From Eledone cirrhosa (lineage: Eukaryota), in the NCBI GenBank assembly GCA_964016885.1, contig OZ024740.1, positions 246,884,001 through 246,948,000 of the forward strand: a stretch of 64,000 nt of DNA, read 5' to 3'. This document shows positions 40,440 through 52,998 of the stretch, one piece after another. The translations under genes and the position numbers were made by a program. A model generated the notes under the pieces. The model was not told the origin of the DNA and ran no database searches. It worked only from the letters and a program-made list of their open reading frames with translations. Each line of letters opens with the position of its first letter. Position 1 is the first letter of the stretch.

Positions 40440-41920
40440 CATTTATGTGGGAAGTAGAGAGAATGTCAGATTTTCTGTTAAGATGTTCATTTTAGATTTT
40501 AAGATATATGAACATTCAGCGAAGCACAAATTACAAATTTTCTTCCTGGTTTGTAGGCAGCTGCTACTCTTAATTTGTTCCATTCTATATTAGTCTCTTT
40601 GGGGCACCATATATGTCCCGTTAGTGATTTTGAGTTCTAAGTCCTTTATCTGGAAAGAATGGCGGGGAACATAGTATCTGGACTTGAAACTGTTGGATGA
40701 AGCTCCTATGCATATCTTACTGATATTACTAGTAATTACAGTGCATTGGTAAATTATGTCTTTAGTTAAGCATTCGCCATTAAAGTAGCATATAGCAGAG
40801 TTTCTAAAGTTGCATTTTTTATCATTGTTAAATATTATGTCACTTTTGGGGTTATAATTGTGTATATTAATTTGAGTTAGGGGGTTTGAAAGTTACCTAC
40901 TTCTTTATCAACTGTTTCCATTGTATTATTAGTATTATTTAGCGGTGAATTGGCAGTATTGGTAGAGGGTTGGACATGCTTTCTAGCATAGAGTTACGTC
41001 CCTTTACGATCTGAGTTCAAATCCCGCAGAGGTTAACTTTGCCTTTCATCCATATGGGGTCGATAAAATAAAGTACCAGTAATGTTCTGGGTAATTGCTG
41101 GCCTTGTGCCAAAAGTAGAAACAATTATTAGTATTATTTAGGCATAGAGTTACGGTCCTTGCCATTCTGAGTTCAAATCCCGCCGAGGTTAACTTTGCCT
41201 TTCATCCTTACGGGGTCGATAAAATAAAGTACCAGTAATGCACTGGTTAATTGCTGGCCTTGTGCCAAAAGTAGAAACAATTATTAGTATTATTTAGGGG
41301 ATTATTATACTTGTCTAATTTATTATTATTACTAGAGAGTATGTAGGGGTAGTTGAGTATGATATCTTTATATTATCTTTTTTTTTTTATTGAAGATTGA
41401 GTGATAGCGGGGCGTTGGTGGGAAGTTTTTATTTCCGATATTAAAACATACTCTAGGTAAATTGGTGGCTAAGTTATTGGTAAAAGGAGGGTTGAACCAT
41501 GTAGTGGGGTTTCTGCGATTTGGTTTACGGGTCGTTACTTGTGTATAGTTTGATTTAGGTTTATTATGGTTATCATTAAGAACATTAAGATTTATATTAG
41601 TTCTTAATGTATACTTATTATTGTATATAGGTCTATTTAGTATTTCAGTGCTAATTATAGTGTTGTTAATGCTGGGATTTTCCTTTTTTTCCTTTCTTTT
41701 TATTATGTGTATTGTTATATGTACTTATGTAATACTCTATATGTTGATTTTGTGTGCTTTTGTTATTAAATTTTGTAGGCGTGAGTGTGTTCACCCATTT
41801 ATGTTCCCGATTACTATTTCCTTGCTGTTTATACAGGTTATCAGGCTTATTAATTTTATTACTGTTTAAGTAATGTCTATGAATCGTAATGTTATGTTTT
41901 TTTCTAATGGGGGTTTTCAA
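40440..41920 (-). pseudogene. Degenerate Naiad-type PLE 3' part (FNPP motif + GIY-YIG), with two SINE insertions
   Basis: Reverse translation RRNPTTWFNPPF, KKCNFRNSAICYFNGECLTKDIIYQCTV..IGASSNSFKSRY, HLNRKSDILST; not present in the ORF track. Confidence 0.85.
40941..41283 (+). mobile_element. Two tandem SINE family A copies
   Basis: ATTATTAGTATTATTT occurs before, between and after the copies. Confidence 0.88.
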
Positions 41921-42349
41921 TATATCTTATTTTGTCACTATAACCACACTATATATATATATACATACACACACGCACACCATAAAATAAGGGAGAAAAA
42001 ATTACCCATTGCAGAAGTTACTGCCCGTACTACTGATACTTTAATCTAGCTTTTTCTTAAAGAATTTTTTTTAATTTATAAATTTTTGGATTCTGAGAGT
42101 CCTTTGGATTTTAGTTTTTAATTTTTGACAATTTTCTGAATTTTGGAAAAAAAAACTTTCGTAATTTCCCACTACAAAGGGATCTGTGACATACAGGCTG
42201 CAAAAATACACACAAACTCCCCCCCCACACACACACACGCATGTGTGTATTGCTAAAGGGACTGTGACAGACAGACTGAAAACACACACACACATACATA
42301 TGTGTATTGTTATATATACACCCTCACCATATATATATATGTATATATA

Positions 42350-42446
42350 GAATAAGAAAAAGCGAAGTAGTTTCAGATGTTCAAGTCCTTTAATAATTAT
42401 TATTAACGGACTTGAACATCTGAAACTACTTCGCTTTTCCTTATTC
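42350..42446. repeat. Palindrome (~45-bp arms), probable inverted pLTR fragment
   Basis: GAATAAG.AAAAGCGAAGTAGTTTCAGATGTTCAAGTCC and its inverse; (TA)n flanks. Confidence 0.7.
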
Positions 42447-42522
42447 GATATTTACTCCGTCACTCCTATGTGGAATAAGTACGTTGAGTGCTTGATTTGA
42501 ATTGCATCAATATTTACCCTAA

Positions 42523-42562
<40 letters not shown>

Positions 42563-42861
42563 TCCCTAAAACCACATTCCAATAATAGAATTTCTGCTAC
42601 ACTCCTGTTGCTGCCATAGAACTTACCTCTAACTTACAAATTGCCCATCCCCTTTTGAACTATTGACCAGTCAATTACCACAATCAGATATACACACACA
42701 CAGACTGTGAAGAAACACAACTACTACTATCTTCTCTACTATCTCCACCAAATTTTGAGCAAGAAGGATGGAAGGAAATTTACTCCAAACACTTGATTTT
42801 AATTTTAAATCCTTAGTTTTTAACTCCTATTAATTCTTCTTAATTTTTATTTCAATACTCA

Positions 42862-42906
42862 ACATTTGATAAGATGGATTTTAATAATACATTGAAACCG
42901 GTAATT
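42862..42906 (+). ncRNA. Hammerhead-like motif, U3-A8 variant, weak stem I
   Basis: AT-TTGATAA-gATG.ATT..AAT.CATt-GAAAC-cg-GTA-AT; palindromic ACCGGT stem III. Confidence 0.5.
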
Positions 42907-42988
42907 CTTCATATACTTTATATATATTATAACACTTTTTTTTAAAAGAATTGTTCTTCTCATTTTTTCAATAATATTATCTTTTTAA

Positions 42989-43179
42989 TAATTGTTTCTA
43001 CTTTTGGCACAAGGCCAGCAATTACCCAGTGTATTACTGGTACTTTATTTTATCAACCCCATAAGGATGAAAGGCAAAGTTAACCTCGGCGGGATTTGAA
43101 CTCAGAATGGCAAGGGCCGTAACTCGATCCGTCAAAGCATGGCGTCCGACCCTCTACCGATACTGCCAATCCACCGCCC
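42989..43179 (-). mobile_element. SINE family A
   Basis: Full-length family match. Confidence 0.9.
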
Positions 43180-43316
43180 TCTTATCTTTTTAATGATTGT
43201 TTCTACTTTTGGCACAAGGCCAGCATTTACCCAGTGTATTACTGGTACTTTAATAATTATTATCTTTTTAATAATGTCACTTTGACGAATCAAACAAGAA
43301 AAACAGACCCTTAAAT

Positions 43317-43374
<58 letters not shown>

Positions 43375-43557
43375 ATCTATCTATCTCTCTCTATCTCTCT
43401 CTCTCTGTATATATATATATATATATATACATACATATACACAGAGAGAGGGAGAGAGAGAGACAGAAGGAGGGATAAAAATAAAGAAAGGGAAAGAAGA
43501 AAGATATAGATAGATGTATCCATTTATCTTTCTTCCATCCTATATATATATATATAA

Positions 43558-43616
<59 letters not shown>

Positions 43617-43713
43617 GAGAGAGAGGGGTGGGGGTGGAATTGGAAATAGCACGGAAAGTATATTTAAGGATCTGTTTTTCTTCTTTGATTCGTCAAAGTG
43701 ACATTATTGAAAG

Positions 43714-43899
43714 TGGATTGGCAGTATCGATAGAGGGTCGGACACTATGCTTTCTACCATAGTTACGTCCCTTTACAGTCTGAGTTCAAATCCCGCCGAG
43801 GTTAACTTTGCCTTTCATCCTTACGGGGTCGATAAAATAAAGTACCAGTAATGTACTGGTTAATTGCTGGCCTTGTGCCAAACAGGAGAAACAATTATT
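43714..43899 (+). mobile_element. SINE family A
   Basis: TSD ATTATTGAAA. Confidence 0.9.
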
Positions 43900-44116
43900 G
43901 AAAAAATGAGAGGGACAATTCTTTTTAAAAAAAGAGTTTTATAATGTATCTAAAACTCTTTTTCTAAAAGAATTGTCCCTCTCATTTTTTCAATAATGTC
44001 ACTTTGACTAATCAAACAAGAAAAAGAAGAAAAACAGAACCTTAAATATATTTCCGTGCTATTTCCAATTCCACCTCTCTATACTCACCGTTTTGTACAG
44101 AACCGTACTCCCTTTT

Positions 44117-44192
<76 letters not shown>

Positions 44193-44578
44193 CACATATG
44201 TGTATGTATGTAACCTTCTTTTCCTCTTTGTTTGTGTTGTGTTATTTTTAAGTTCAGTCCATGAAATGAATAAGTTTTCTCATCGTTAAACAGTTATTTG
44301 TTTGTTTATTCAAAGCAACAGATTTTTCACGACTTTGATGCTAAATGCAATGAATACTTATGCAAATGAACCATCTAAAGTTGACCTTCTCTTTTGCAAG
44401 GTTGACCTTTTTTTAAGTCAGCGCAAGCTATATCAGTGATAATACCAAATGCATCTGTTGATAGTTGACCTTAAGGTTTTCGCTGATTTTAAGGGTTTAT
44501 AATGTTTGTCTCTTCGAGTCGGACATAATGTGTTGAAAGATTTGTCGAATATGCATACGTCTACGTACTTGCCACTCT

Positions 44579-44792
<214 letters not shown>

Positions 44793-44835
44793 GTTGATTT
44801 AAAACTGCACTATCCACAAGTGTTTTTTAGCCTTC

Positions 44836-44903
<68 letters not shown>

Positions 44904-44961
44904 GTTGATTTAAAACTGCACTATCCACAAGTGTTTTTAGCCTTCATATCATGTTCTCCTG

Positions 44962-45028
44962 TTTTATCTGATGAAAACACAAATATTATTGCATGATGAT
45001 GTTTGTTTTTGAAATGCGCATAATAAAA
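44962..45028 (+). ncRNA. Type I hammerhead ribozyme
   Basis: TTTTAT-CTGATGA-..ACAAATATTA..TGATGTTTGT..-GAAAT-gcgc-ATA-ATAAAA. Confidence 0.7.
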
Positions 45029-45094
45029 TACATGGAACTCCTTTAACCATCTTTTGATCTTATATTATATATATATATATGTACATACATACAT

Positions 45095-45280
<186 letters not shown>

Positions 45281-45692
45281 TGTAGAAATAAACACAGAGA
45301 ATTCCGTGTCTAAAATTACGAGGGTAGAGAATACCACAATTGTTTTATATATTTAATCTGAATCATACGTAAGATATAAACATTTTTTCATGAGATATAA
45401 CATTCTTTTCATATATTGACCGTATCAACATATATTATTACAATTATTATATAATTGTTTCTATATAATGCTCAGTATTTATACTTTGAGCTTGTTAATT
45501 ACAGGGTATCAATATGAGTTAGTAACTCTGTATTTTATTTGTATTTCGGCTCCCTAACTAGCTTATAAGTTGAGTGTAATAAGGCTATTATTTCTAGCAT
45601 ATCCACTCACACCACATATAGCGTCCAACCCACGAGGTGTATTATTCACTCCTGTGAGTTGTAATTAAATGTGTTTTGTTTCATTTGATCTT

Positions 45693-45780
45693 ATCTCTCG
45701 CTGACGAAAGCCTACGGATTATCTGTTACAAACACAATTTCAGGGCGAAACAGATTAAATCTCTAATCTGTCCGAGAGAT
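45693..45780 (+). ncRNA. Full type I hammerhead ribozyme
   Basis: ATCTCTCG-CTGACGA-aaGCC...GGC-GAAA-CAGATTA(aatctc)TAATCTG-TC-CGAGAGAT; predicted cleavage after C45772. Confidence 0.9.
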
Positions 45781-46394
45781 GAAATAGTTATTGATACGGT
45801 CAGTATATGAAAAAAATGTTATATCTCATGAAAAAAGGTTTATATCTTACGTATGATTCAGATTAAATATATAAAACAACACATTCTCTGTGTTTATTTC
45901 TACATATATTATTATATAATTGTTTCTACTTTTGGCACAAGGCCAGCAAATCCCCCAGTGTATTACTGGTACTTTATTTTATCGACCCCGTAAGGATGAA
46001 AGGCAAAGTTAACCTTGGCAAGATTTGAACTCAGATCATAAAGGGCCGTAAATACTCAGTATTTATACTTTGAGCTTGTTAATTACAGGGTATCAATATG
46101 AGATAGTAACTCTGTATTTTATTTGTATATATATAATATATAGAGATAAACACAGAAAAATGTGTGTTTAAAATTACGAGGGCTGGAAAACCACCTTGGT
46201 ATGGAAAATATAATCTATGAAGCAAACGGAAAATACATAATAAGAATTGTACATTTTAATTCAATTCTTAATTTTAAACACACATTTTACTGTGTTTATC
46301 TCTATATATTATAATATAAAAAACTCAGTTTTTATACTTTGAGCTTATTAATTACAGGGTATTAATATGAGTATTTAACCCTGCTTTTGATTTG

Positions 46395-46485
<91 letters not shown>

Positions 46486-46550
46486 CCGTGTAAAAATTGC
46501 ACATTGCGTTTTGTTTGTTTCATTTAACAACTATATATATATATATATAT

Positions 46551-46800
46551 ATCACCTTGATCACCTTGACCAACCAATCGGCGCCGCTGGTCACAGCACG
46601 TCGTGCTGTTTTAGCCATAAGATAACGCCATCCTACTGGCTGGGTGGGCAGGCCGGTACTCATTTCTACAGCTGAGTAAACTAGAGCAACGTGAAATAAA
46701 GTGTCTTGCTCAAGGAAACAACACATCACTCGGTCCGAAAATTGAACTCACAACCTTTCGATTGCAAACCCAATGATTTAACCACTAAGCCATGTGCCTT

Positions 46801-46803
<3 letters not shown>
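46551..46803 (-). mobile_element. tRNA-derived SINE family B
   Basis: tRNA-like head, TCCTTGAGCAAGACAC core, short tandem tail (TCAAGGTGA). Confidence 0.85.
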
Positions 46804-46878
<75 letters not shown>

Positions 46879-46885
46879 CATATAC

Positions 46886-46941
<56 letters not shown>

Positions 46942-46946
<5 letters not shown>

Positions 46947-47771
46947 TAAAGTTAGTCCTTCATCAGTGATCTTCCAACCATCATTTGTATTTCATTGCTT
47001 TAAAGACCATATACCTCCGGTTGGTGCGAGCAACGGCTAAAAAAAGTCGTTGGGACACGTAATTAAAGGGGACACGAGAGTGTAAACAAACAAAATGGTG
47101 AAGCAACAGAAAGTGAGGAAGAAGGAATCAAGTCCCAAATTTCTATGAATTTAAATTTGGTGAAATCGTGAACGAGAGAGAATAAAGACCAAACCTGGTT
47201 GGAATGTAAGCAAGGAAGGAATTCCGTACAAGTCTAACGGGAGGAAGAAGGGATCTAGTCTGTGATTTCGGTGAACGTAAGTTCTGTGAAATCGTAGACG
47301 AGAGAGAGAGAAAAAAAGCGACTTGCCAGACCAAGGGTGCGAAAGAAAAGAATTACGCACAGGTCAAATGGGAAGAAGGAGGAGGAGGAGGAGAGGTAGT
47401 AACAGAGAATGAGTGAGTGAAGGGTGAGGAAGAGGCTAACAGAGAGAGTGACTGCTAGAGAGGGTAAAGATACAGAGAAAGAGGAAGCAGTAAGAACGAA
47501 ATAGACGTGTAGCAGCGGGGAAAAAAATATGTGTAAATATGAGAAAAACGTGCTGCGGGTTGGTAATGGGTTACATATGAATAAAGTTAGTCCTTCATCA
47601 GTGATCTTCCAACCATCATTGGTATTTCATCGCTTTAAAGACCATATACCTCCGGTTGGTGCGAGCAACGACTAAAAAAAGTCGTTGGGACACGTAATTA
47701 AAGGGGACACGAGTGTAAACAAACAAAATGGTGAAGCAACAGAAAGTGAAGAAGAAGGAGTCAAGTCCCAA

Positions 47772-47775
<4 letters not shown>
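46942..47775. mobile_element. Non-coding element with ~200-bp direct repeats (635-bp period) between (TA)n tracts
   Basis: 46942-~47142 repeated at 47577-~47775. Confidence 0.7.
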
Positions 47776-47811
<36 letters not shown>

Positions 47812-47817
<6 letters not shown>

Positions 47818-48429
47818 GACGTAAATTAAGAAAATTATAACAATTAACTTACTAAAATTTCACTCAAACTAATTAGTTTCTGAAAGGGAATAAACATGGT
47901 TTCCGTGTGGAACACATGGAGAATGCCTTTCGTCATCAGGAAGTCAATTCTCAGCTAAGTTCCCAGGCGATGCGTGGACACAGGGAACTTATACAAAAAT
48001 AATTCAGTGGATGGAAAAAAGCAAGCGAGGACTAAATTCCAAGACATTGAAAAAATCACTGCCTACTTGGTCGGTGGCAAATTCAAAAGAATCAATCACG
48101 TGACATCGAGGTTAATCAGTGAGGAGTGGGTGTAAGAAGACAGTAGCCGAACTATTACTATGAACTATAGTAGCAGTTTTGGCAAATTTTTGCTCAACAA
48201 AATAATTTGGAGATAATTATAAAGAATTAGTATATCTGCCAACATATATATACAGATGGATACCTATGCTAGCAAATATATAGGTGTTGTCTTAGTAACT
48301 TTGTGGTTCAATGCAAGGGAATGCAGAACAATTATATGAAAGACGTAAAATAAGAAAATTATAAAAATTAACTTACTAAAATTTCACTCCAACTAATTAG
48401 TTTCTGAAAGGGAATAAACATGGTTTCCG
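47812..48429 (-). mobile_element. Non-coding partial-tandem element (524-bp period) with degenerate HHR-like core
   Basis: 47812-47905 repeated at 48336-48429; reverse complement CTGATGA...GAAAC-cat-GTT at ~47892-47940. Confidence 0.6.
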
Positions 48430-48431
48430 AA

Positions 48432-48601
<170 letters not shown>

Positions 48602-48605
48602 TATA

Positions 48606-49100
48606 TAGAATAGAATGAAACGAAATTTCATTTCTCACTCTTAGTACGGCACTTACTTAAATGTAAGTATGTATGTATGTATACGTACATACATATATGT
48701 ATACAGACGTACAGTAGTATGCATATATATACACACATGCACACATATATATATGCACGTATCGGTTTACCGAACATTTATTAAAATGGTCGGTTTGTTT
48801 ATTTGTAAACAAACAAACAGCCGGAATTACGCCGTACAGTGTTTAGGCAACCACGTCACCTTTTTGTTCAACACTGACACAGGAACGATGTACTAGTTTC
48901 AAGCTTATTAGCTATCGTCAGCATCGTATCCTTTCCTGCCAGATGGTTGAACGTCTGAAAGTATATACTTTCCTTATGCATATTAAGGGCTGAGCAGCCT
49001 AATTTGCATATCGAGTGAGTTCAGTCGGCCGGGCAACCGAAAACGATAAATGGAATAGAATGAAACGAAATTTCATTTCTCACTCTTAGTACGGCACTTA
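48606..49100 (-). mobile_element. Retrozyme-like partial-tandem element (445-bp period)
   Basis: Terminal direct repeat GAATAGAATGAAACGAAATTTCATTTCTCACTCTTAGTACGGCACTTA; HHR at 48886-48926; (TA)n flanks. Confidence 0.8.
48886..48926 (-). ncRNA. Minimal type I hammerhead ribozyme
   Basis: Reverse complement CGATG-CTGACGA-tAGCT(aata)AGCTt-GAAAC-ta-GTA-CATCG. Confidence 0.88.
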
Positions 49101-49130
49101 TATACGCGATTATATATATATATATATACG

Positions 49131-49233
<103 letters not shown>

Positions 49234-49360
49234 ATATATATATGGTCAGTAGACATTTTTTTTTTCTCAATTATTATTATTATCCTTGTGTGCGTTTTAA
49301 GATATTTGTTATTTGATACGTGAGTGTGACTTTGGTTATTTGAGGAAATTAAAGAATCGC

Positions 49361-49404
<44 letters not shown>

Positions 49405-49499
49405 GCGATTCTTTAATTTCCTCAGTCACACTCACGTATCAAATAACAAATATCTTAAAACGCACACAAGGATAATAATAATTGAGAAAAAAAAAAAAA

Positions 49500-50951
49500 A
49501 TGTCTACTGACCAACAAGCCCACAACGGACGAAATTGGTCTGAAAATGAAATTGACCTCTTAATAAACACATGGTTTTCTCTGTCACAAACATCAAACAT
49601 TAACGTGTCATGTCTAAATGAAATTGCTGAAAAAACAGCCCAAACATTTACCACGAGATCTGCTAAAGAGATACACAACAAACTAAAACACGTCGAAGTC
49701 TCTTTCAAACTAATTCAAAACCATTTTGAAAAACTTCGACATATTTACTCTAATGGACAAACACAAGAAGAAGAAGAAGAAGAAGAAGAAGAACAACAAC
49801 AACAACAGCAGCCAGAAAGCCAGGACCAACCACTACTGAATTCAAGCATAATCGCTGAACTACTAAATGACTGTATCACTCAGTCACTCACTCAGCCATC
49901 ATTATCGCCATCACCATCGTTATCGCCATCACTAAGGGCGGTTGATTGGCAGTATCGGTAGAGAGTCGGACACCATGCTTTGAAGCAAAGAGTTACGTCC
50001 CTTTATGATCTGAGTTCAAATCCCGCCGAGGTTGACTTTGCCTTTCATCCTTACGGGGTCGATAAAATAAAGTACCAGTAATGTACTGGGTAATTGCTGG
50101 CCTTGTGCCTAACGTAGAAACAATTATCGCCATCACCATCACCACCATCACCATCTCCTGCCACACCTACACCCTCTGCCACACCAACTGCTAGTAATGG
50201 ACCACTGCTCTCTCTCCCACCACAGTTGTCATCATCATCATCACCACCAATGCTTTCTTCCCCCACATCACCACCACAACCATGCCATAGTCAAAAGAAC
50301 TATAAAAAACAAAGTTCTATGGAGCTGTATGCACCTCCCACTACACATACCAGAAACCCCAAAATATGCCGCTACTCACTACGTCAGAGGCTATGCACCC
50401 ATTTACCGGGTACTAGGCGCACTAACACTGCCAGCCATCACCAAAGCACGCTGCATTCACGTATAGGTCGCAGTCCCAAAATCTGCCATCATTCCCAACG
50501 TGAGAGGCTATGTCTGCTGACTGACTGTCCCTTCACTCATCTTCCTGGGAAACAATGCACGAACAGAAAAGGGGCTTCATGCCAACCCACAAACCACAAT
50601 AAAGCCACCCCTGCTGCGGTAATGCTGCTCCAGTCTCCTCACAAAGACATGATTACAACAACAAAAGTAATGCTGCTCCAGTCTTGTCACAAAGACACGA
50701 TCACAACAACAACAAATACAACAACAAAAATAACGCTGCTCCAGTCTTTTCACAAAGACACAATTACAACAAATACAATAACAACAACAAAAGAGGGAAC
50801 TGCAACCCTATCCAATGTTGTAACCACAAATCTAATCAAAAACTGCTCCCTGAACGAAAAAAAAAATCTTTCTTTTTTAGCCATGAAGCTGGCAAAAGAG
50901 ATAGAGAAAAACATTTTAGCCATCACCCAACACCAACTTTGCTGTCACTAA
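49500..50951 (+). pseudogene. LINE ORF1: Myb/SANT-like N-terminus, E/Q and S/P linker, CCCH-like fingers; interrupted by SINE
   Basis: RNWSENEIDLLINTW..IAEK..RSAKEIHNKLK; PKICHHSQRERLCLLTDCPFTH; reading frame restored by removing the 204-bp SINE+TSD. Confidence 0.7.
49935..50125 (+). mobile_element. SINE family A inserted in LINE ORF1
   Basis: TSD TTATCGCCATCAC at 49920-49932 and 50124-50136. Confidence 0.92.
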
Positions 50952-52998
50952 CACACATTCACAAAACAAGCCCCCTGCAACAGTCAAAACCAGCCACCAC
51001 ACTAGCCTCCACATTCTTACTCAATACACAAGGTATCAAGCCCATCCATCAATGCACAGAAATGGAAGATCCAATTCATTGAGGATTGGGTTGGTAACCA
51101 TCCATTTCACATCCCTTTCTTCATTCTTACTGAGACCCACCTTGACAACTCCCACTTGGAGGCCGAAGTAAGAGTGAGAAATTTCACAACCATCCGTGCG
51201 GATCGTGTTGGCAGAAGGAAGGGTGGAACTGCCATTTTCCTGCATGATTCCTTTACGGCAGATGGCAACACAACATTCTCTAATGGATACTGTGAATCAG
51301 TCACTGTGCACAATAAAGCCAATGACCTGACATTAGTTGGGCTCTATAGGCCGCCATAAACACCCATAATCTGTTTCAAAGAATGCCTCAACAGTATTAA
51401 ATGCTTTATCAAACAGTGCCATTCTAGCAACATACTTTTGATGGGAGACTTTAATCTACCCTGTGTCGATTGGTCTACATGTAGTTTGAAACCAGGCTCC
51501 ACAGCCTCAACCACTGACAAAGAGGCTGTCGAGTCACTTCTTGACTTCATGAATGAGTTTTTCTTGTCTCAACTTGCCCTTGCACCAACGAGACATCAGA
51601 AGAACATTCTGGATCTAGTGTTTAGTAACCACACTAACACTATACATAATATTACAGTGGAAAAAACCCTTCTCTCAGACCATGACATGGTTCTTTGTAA
51701 CCTGAGATTCCACCAGCCGAAAGCTAATCCCAGGGTCCTCTCTCCAGCCCACCCATTTGATAACGGATCTCTACAATGCCAACTGGGATGCAATTATGAA
51801 CGAACTATCACATGTCGGCTGGTCTTTTACACACGCACACACTTCCACCAACATCAAAACATCTTGGCAGATCTTTGTAGACACTGTCACAAATATATGT
51901 ACAAAACACACCCCACCAAAACCTGTGAAAAAAACCAAGTGCAGTATCCCCCAAAACAGAAAAACAATTATCAGAAAAATAAAAAGAATAAACAAAAAAA
52001 TTAACACACTAAAATACTGCCAACAGCAACACACATATTCAAGGTCTATCACCCTGCTTGAGTAAAAAAAATATAACTTCCAGCAATGCATGATGACCAT
52101 CATCAATAACCAGAGATTAGCTGAAGAGAGGTGGGCCATTGAGAAAATAAAACTCAACCCCAAAGTGTTCTTCTCATTCGCTAAAAAACACAAGGTCACA
52201 GTCTCCACTGTTGGTCCCCTAGTTGATGAAAATGGCACACTCCAGGACAATGCCAAAACCATGGGCGAGATACTGCAGAAACAATACTGCTTTGTTTTCA
52301 GCAACCCTGATATGGCCGATCTGGGCCGTAGCAGTGATATTAACCCCCAACACACTATATCAGACATAACGTTTGGTGCCCCTGATGTCTTAGCGGCAAT
52401 AAACGAAATTAAACACAATTCAGCAGTAGGCCCCGACAGGTTCCCTGCTTGTGTCCTGAAGGTCTGTCGACACCAACTTGCAACTCCTCTTGCTAATCTG
52501 TGGAGGAACTCACTGGATACTGGCTATATTCCTGAAAACTTTGTCCCAGTCCGTTGTCCCAGTCTTCAAAAAGGGAAATAAGTCCCTTGCAGTGAACTAC
52601 CATCCGATCTCACTCACCTCTCATATTATCAAGGTATTTGAGAGGGTGGTGAGATCACAAATAACCCACTTTCTTGAAAGCAACGGCCTGCTGAACTCCA
52701 ACCAACATGGGTTCCTGCATCACTTTGACGATGTTTTGAGAGCCTTGGGAGAGGGCTCCAACACTGATGTCATCTACCTTGACTTCAGCAAGGCCTTCGA
52801 CAGGGTTGATCATAAGATTCTACTGAAAAAACTATCCAATGTTGGTGTCTCTGGAAGGTTACTACAGTGGATCAAATGTTTCCTGACAGGCAGAACCCAG
52901 CATGTTGTAGTCGAAGGAGTAAAATCAAGTCCTGCCAAAGTCCGCAGTGGCGTCCCACAAGGCACTGTGTTTGGCCCACTTCTTTTCATCATCTACAT

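Noticed and set aside
46520-46729. ORF MMCCFLEQDTLFHVAL
   Set aside because: Read-through of SINE family B sequence
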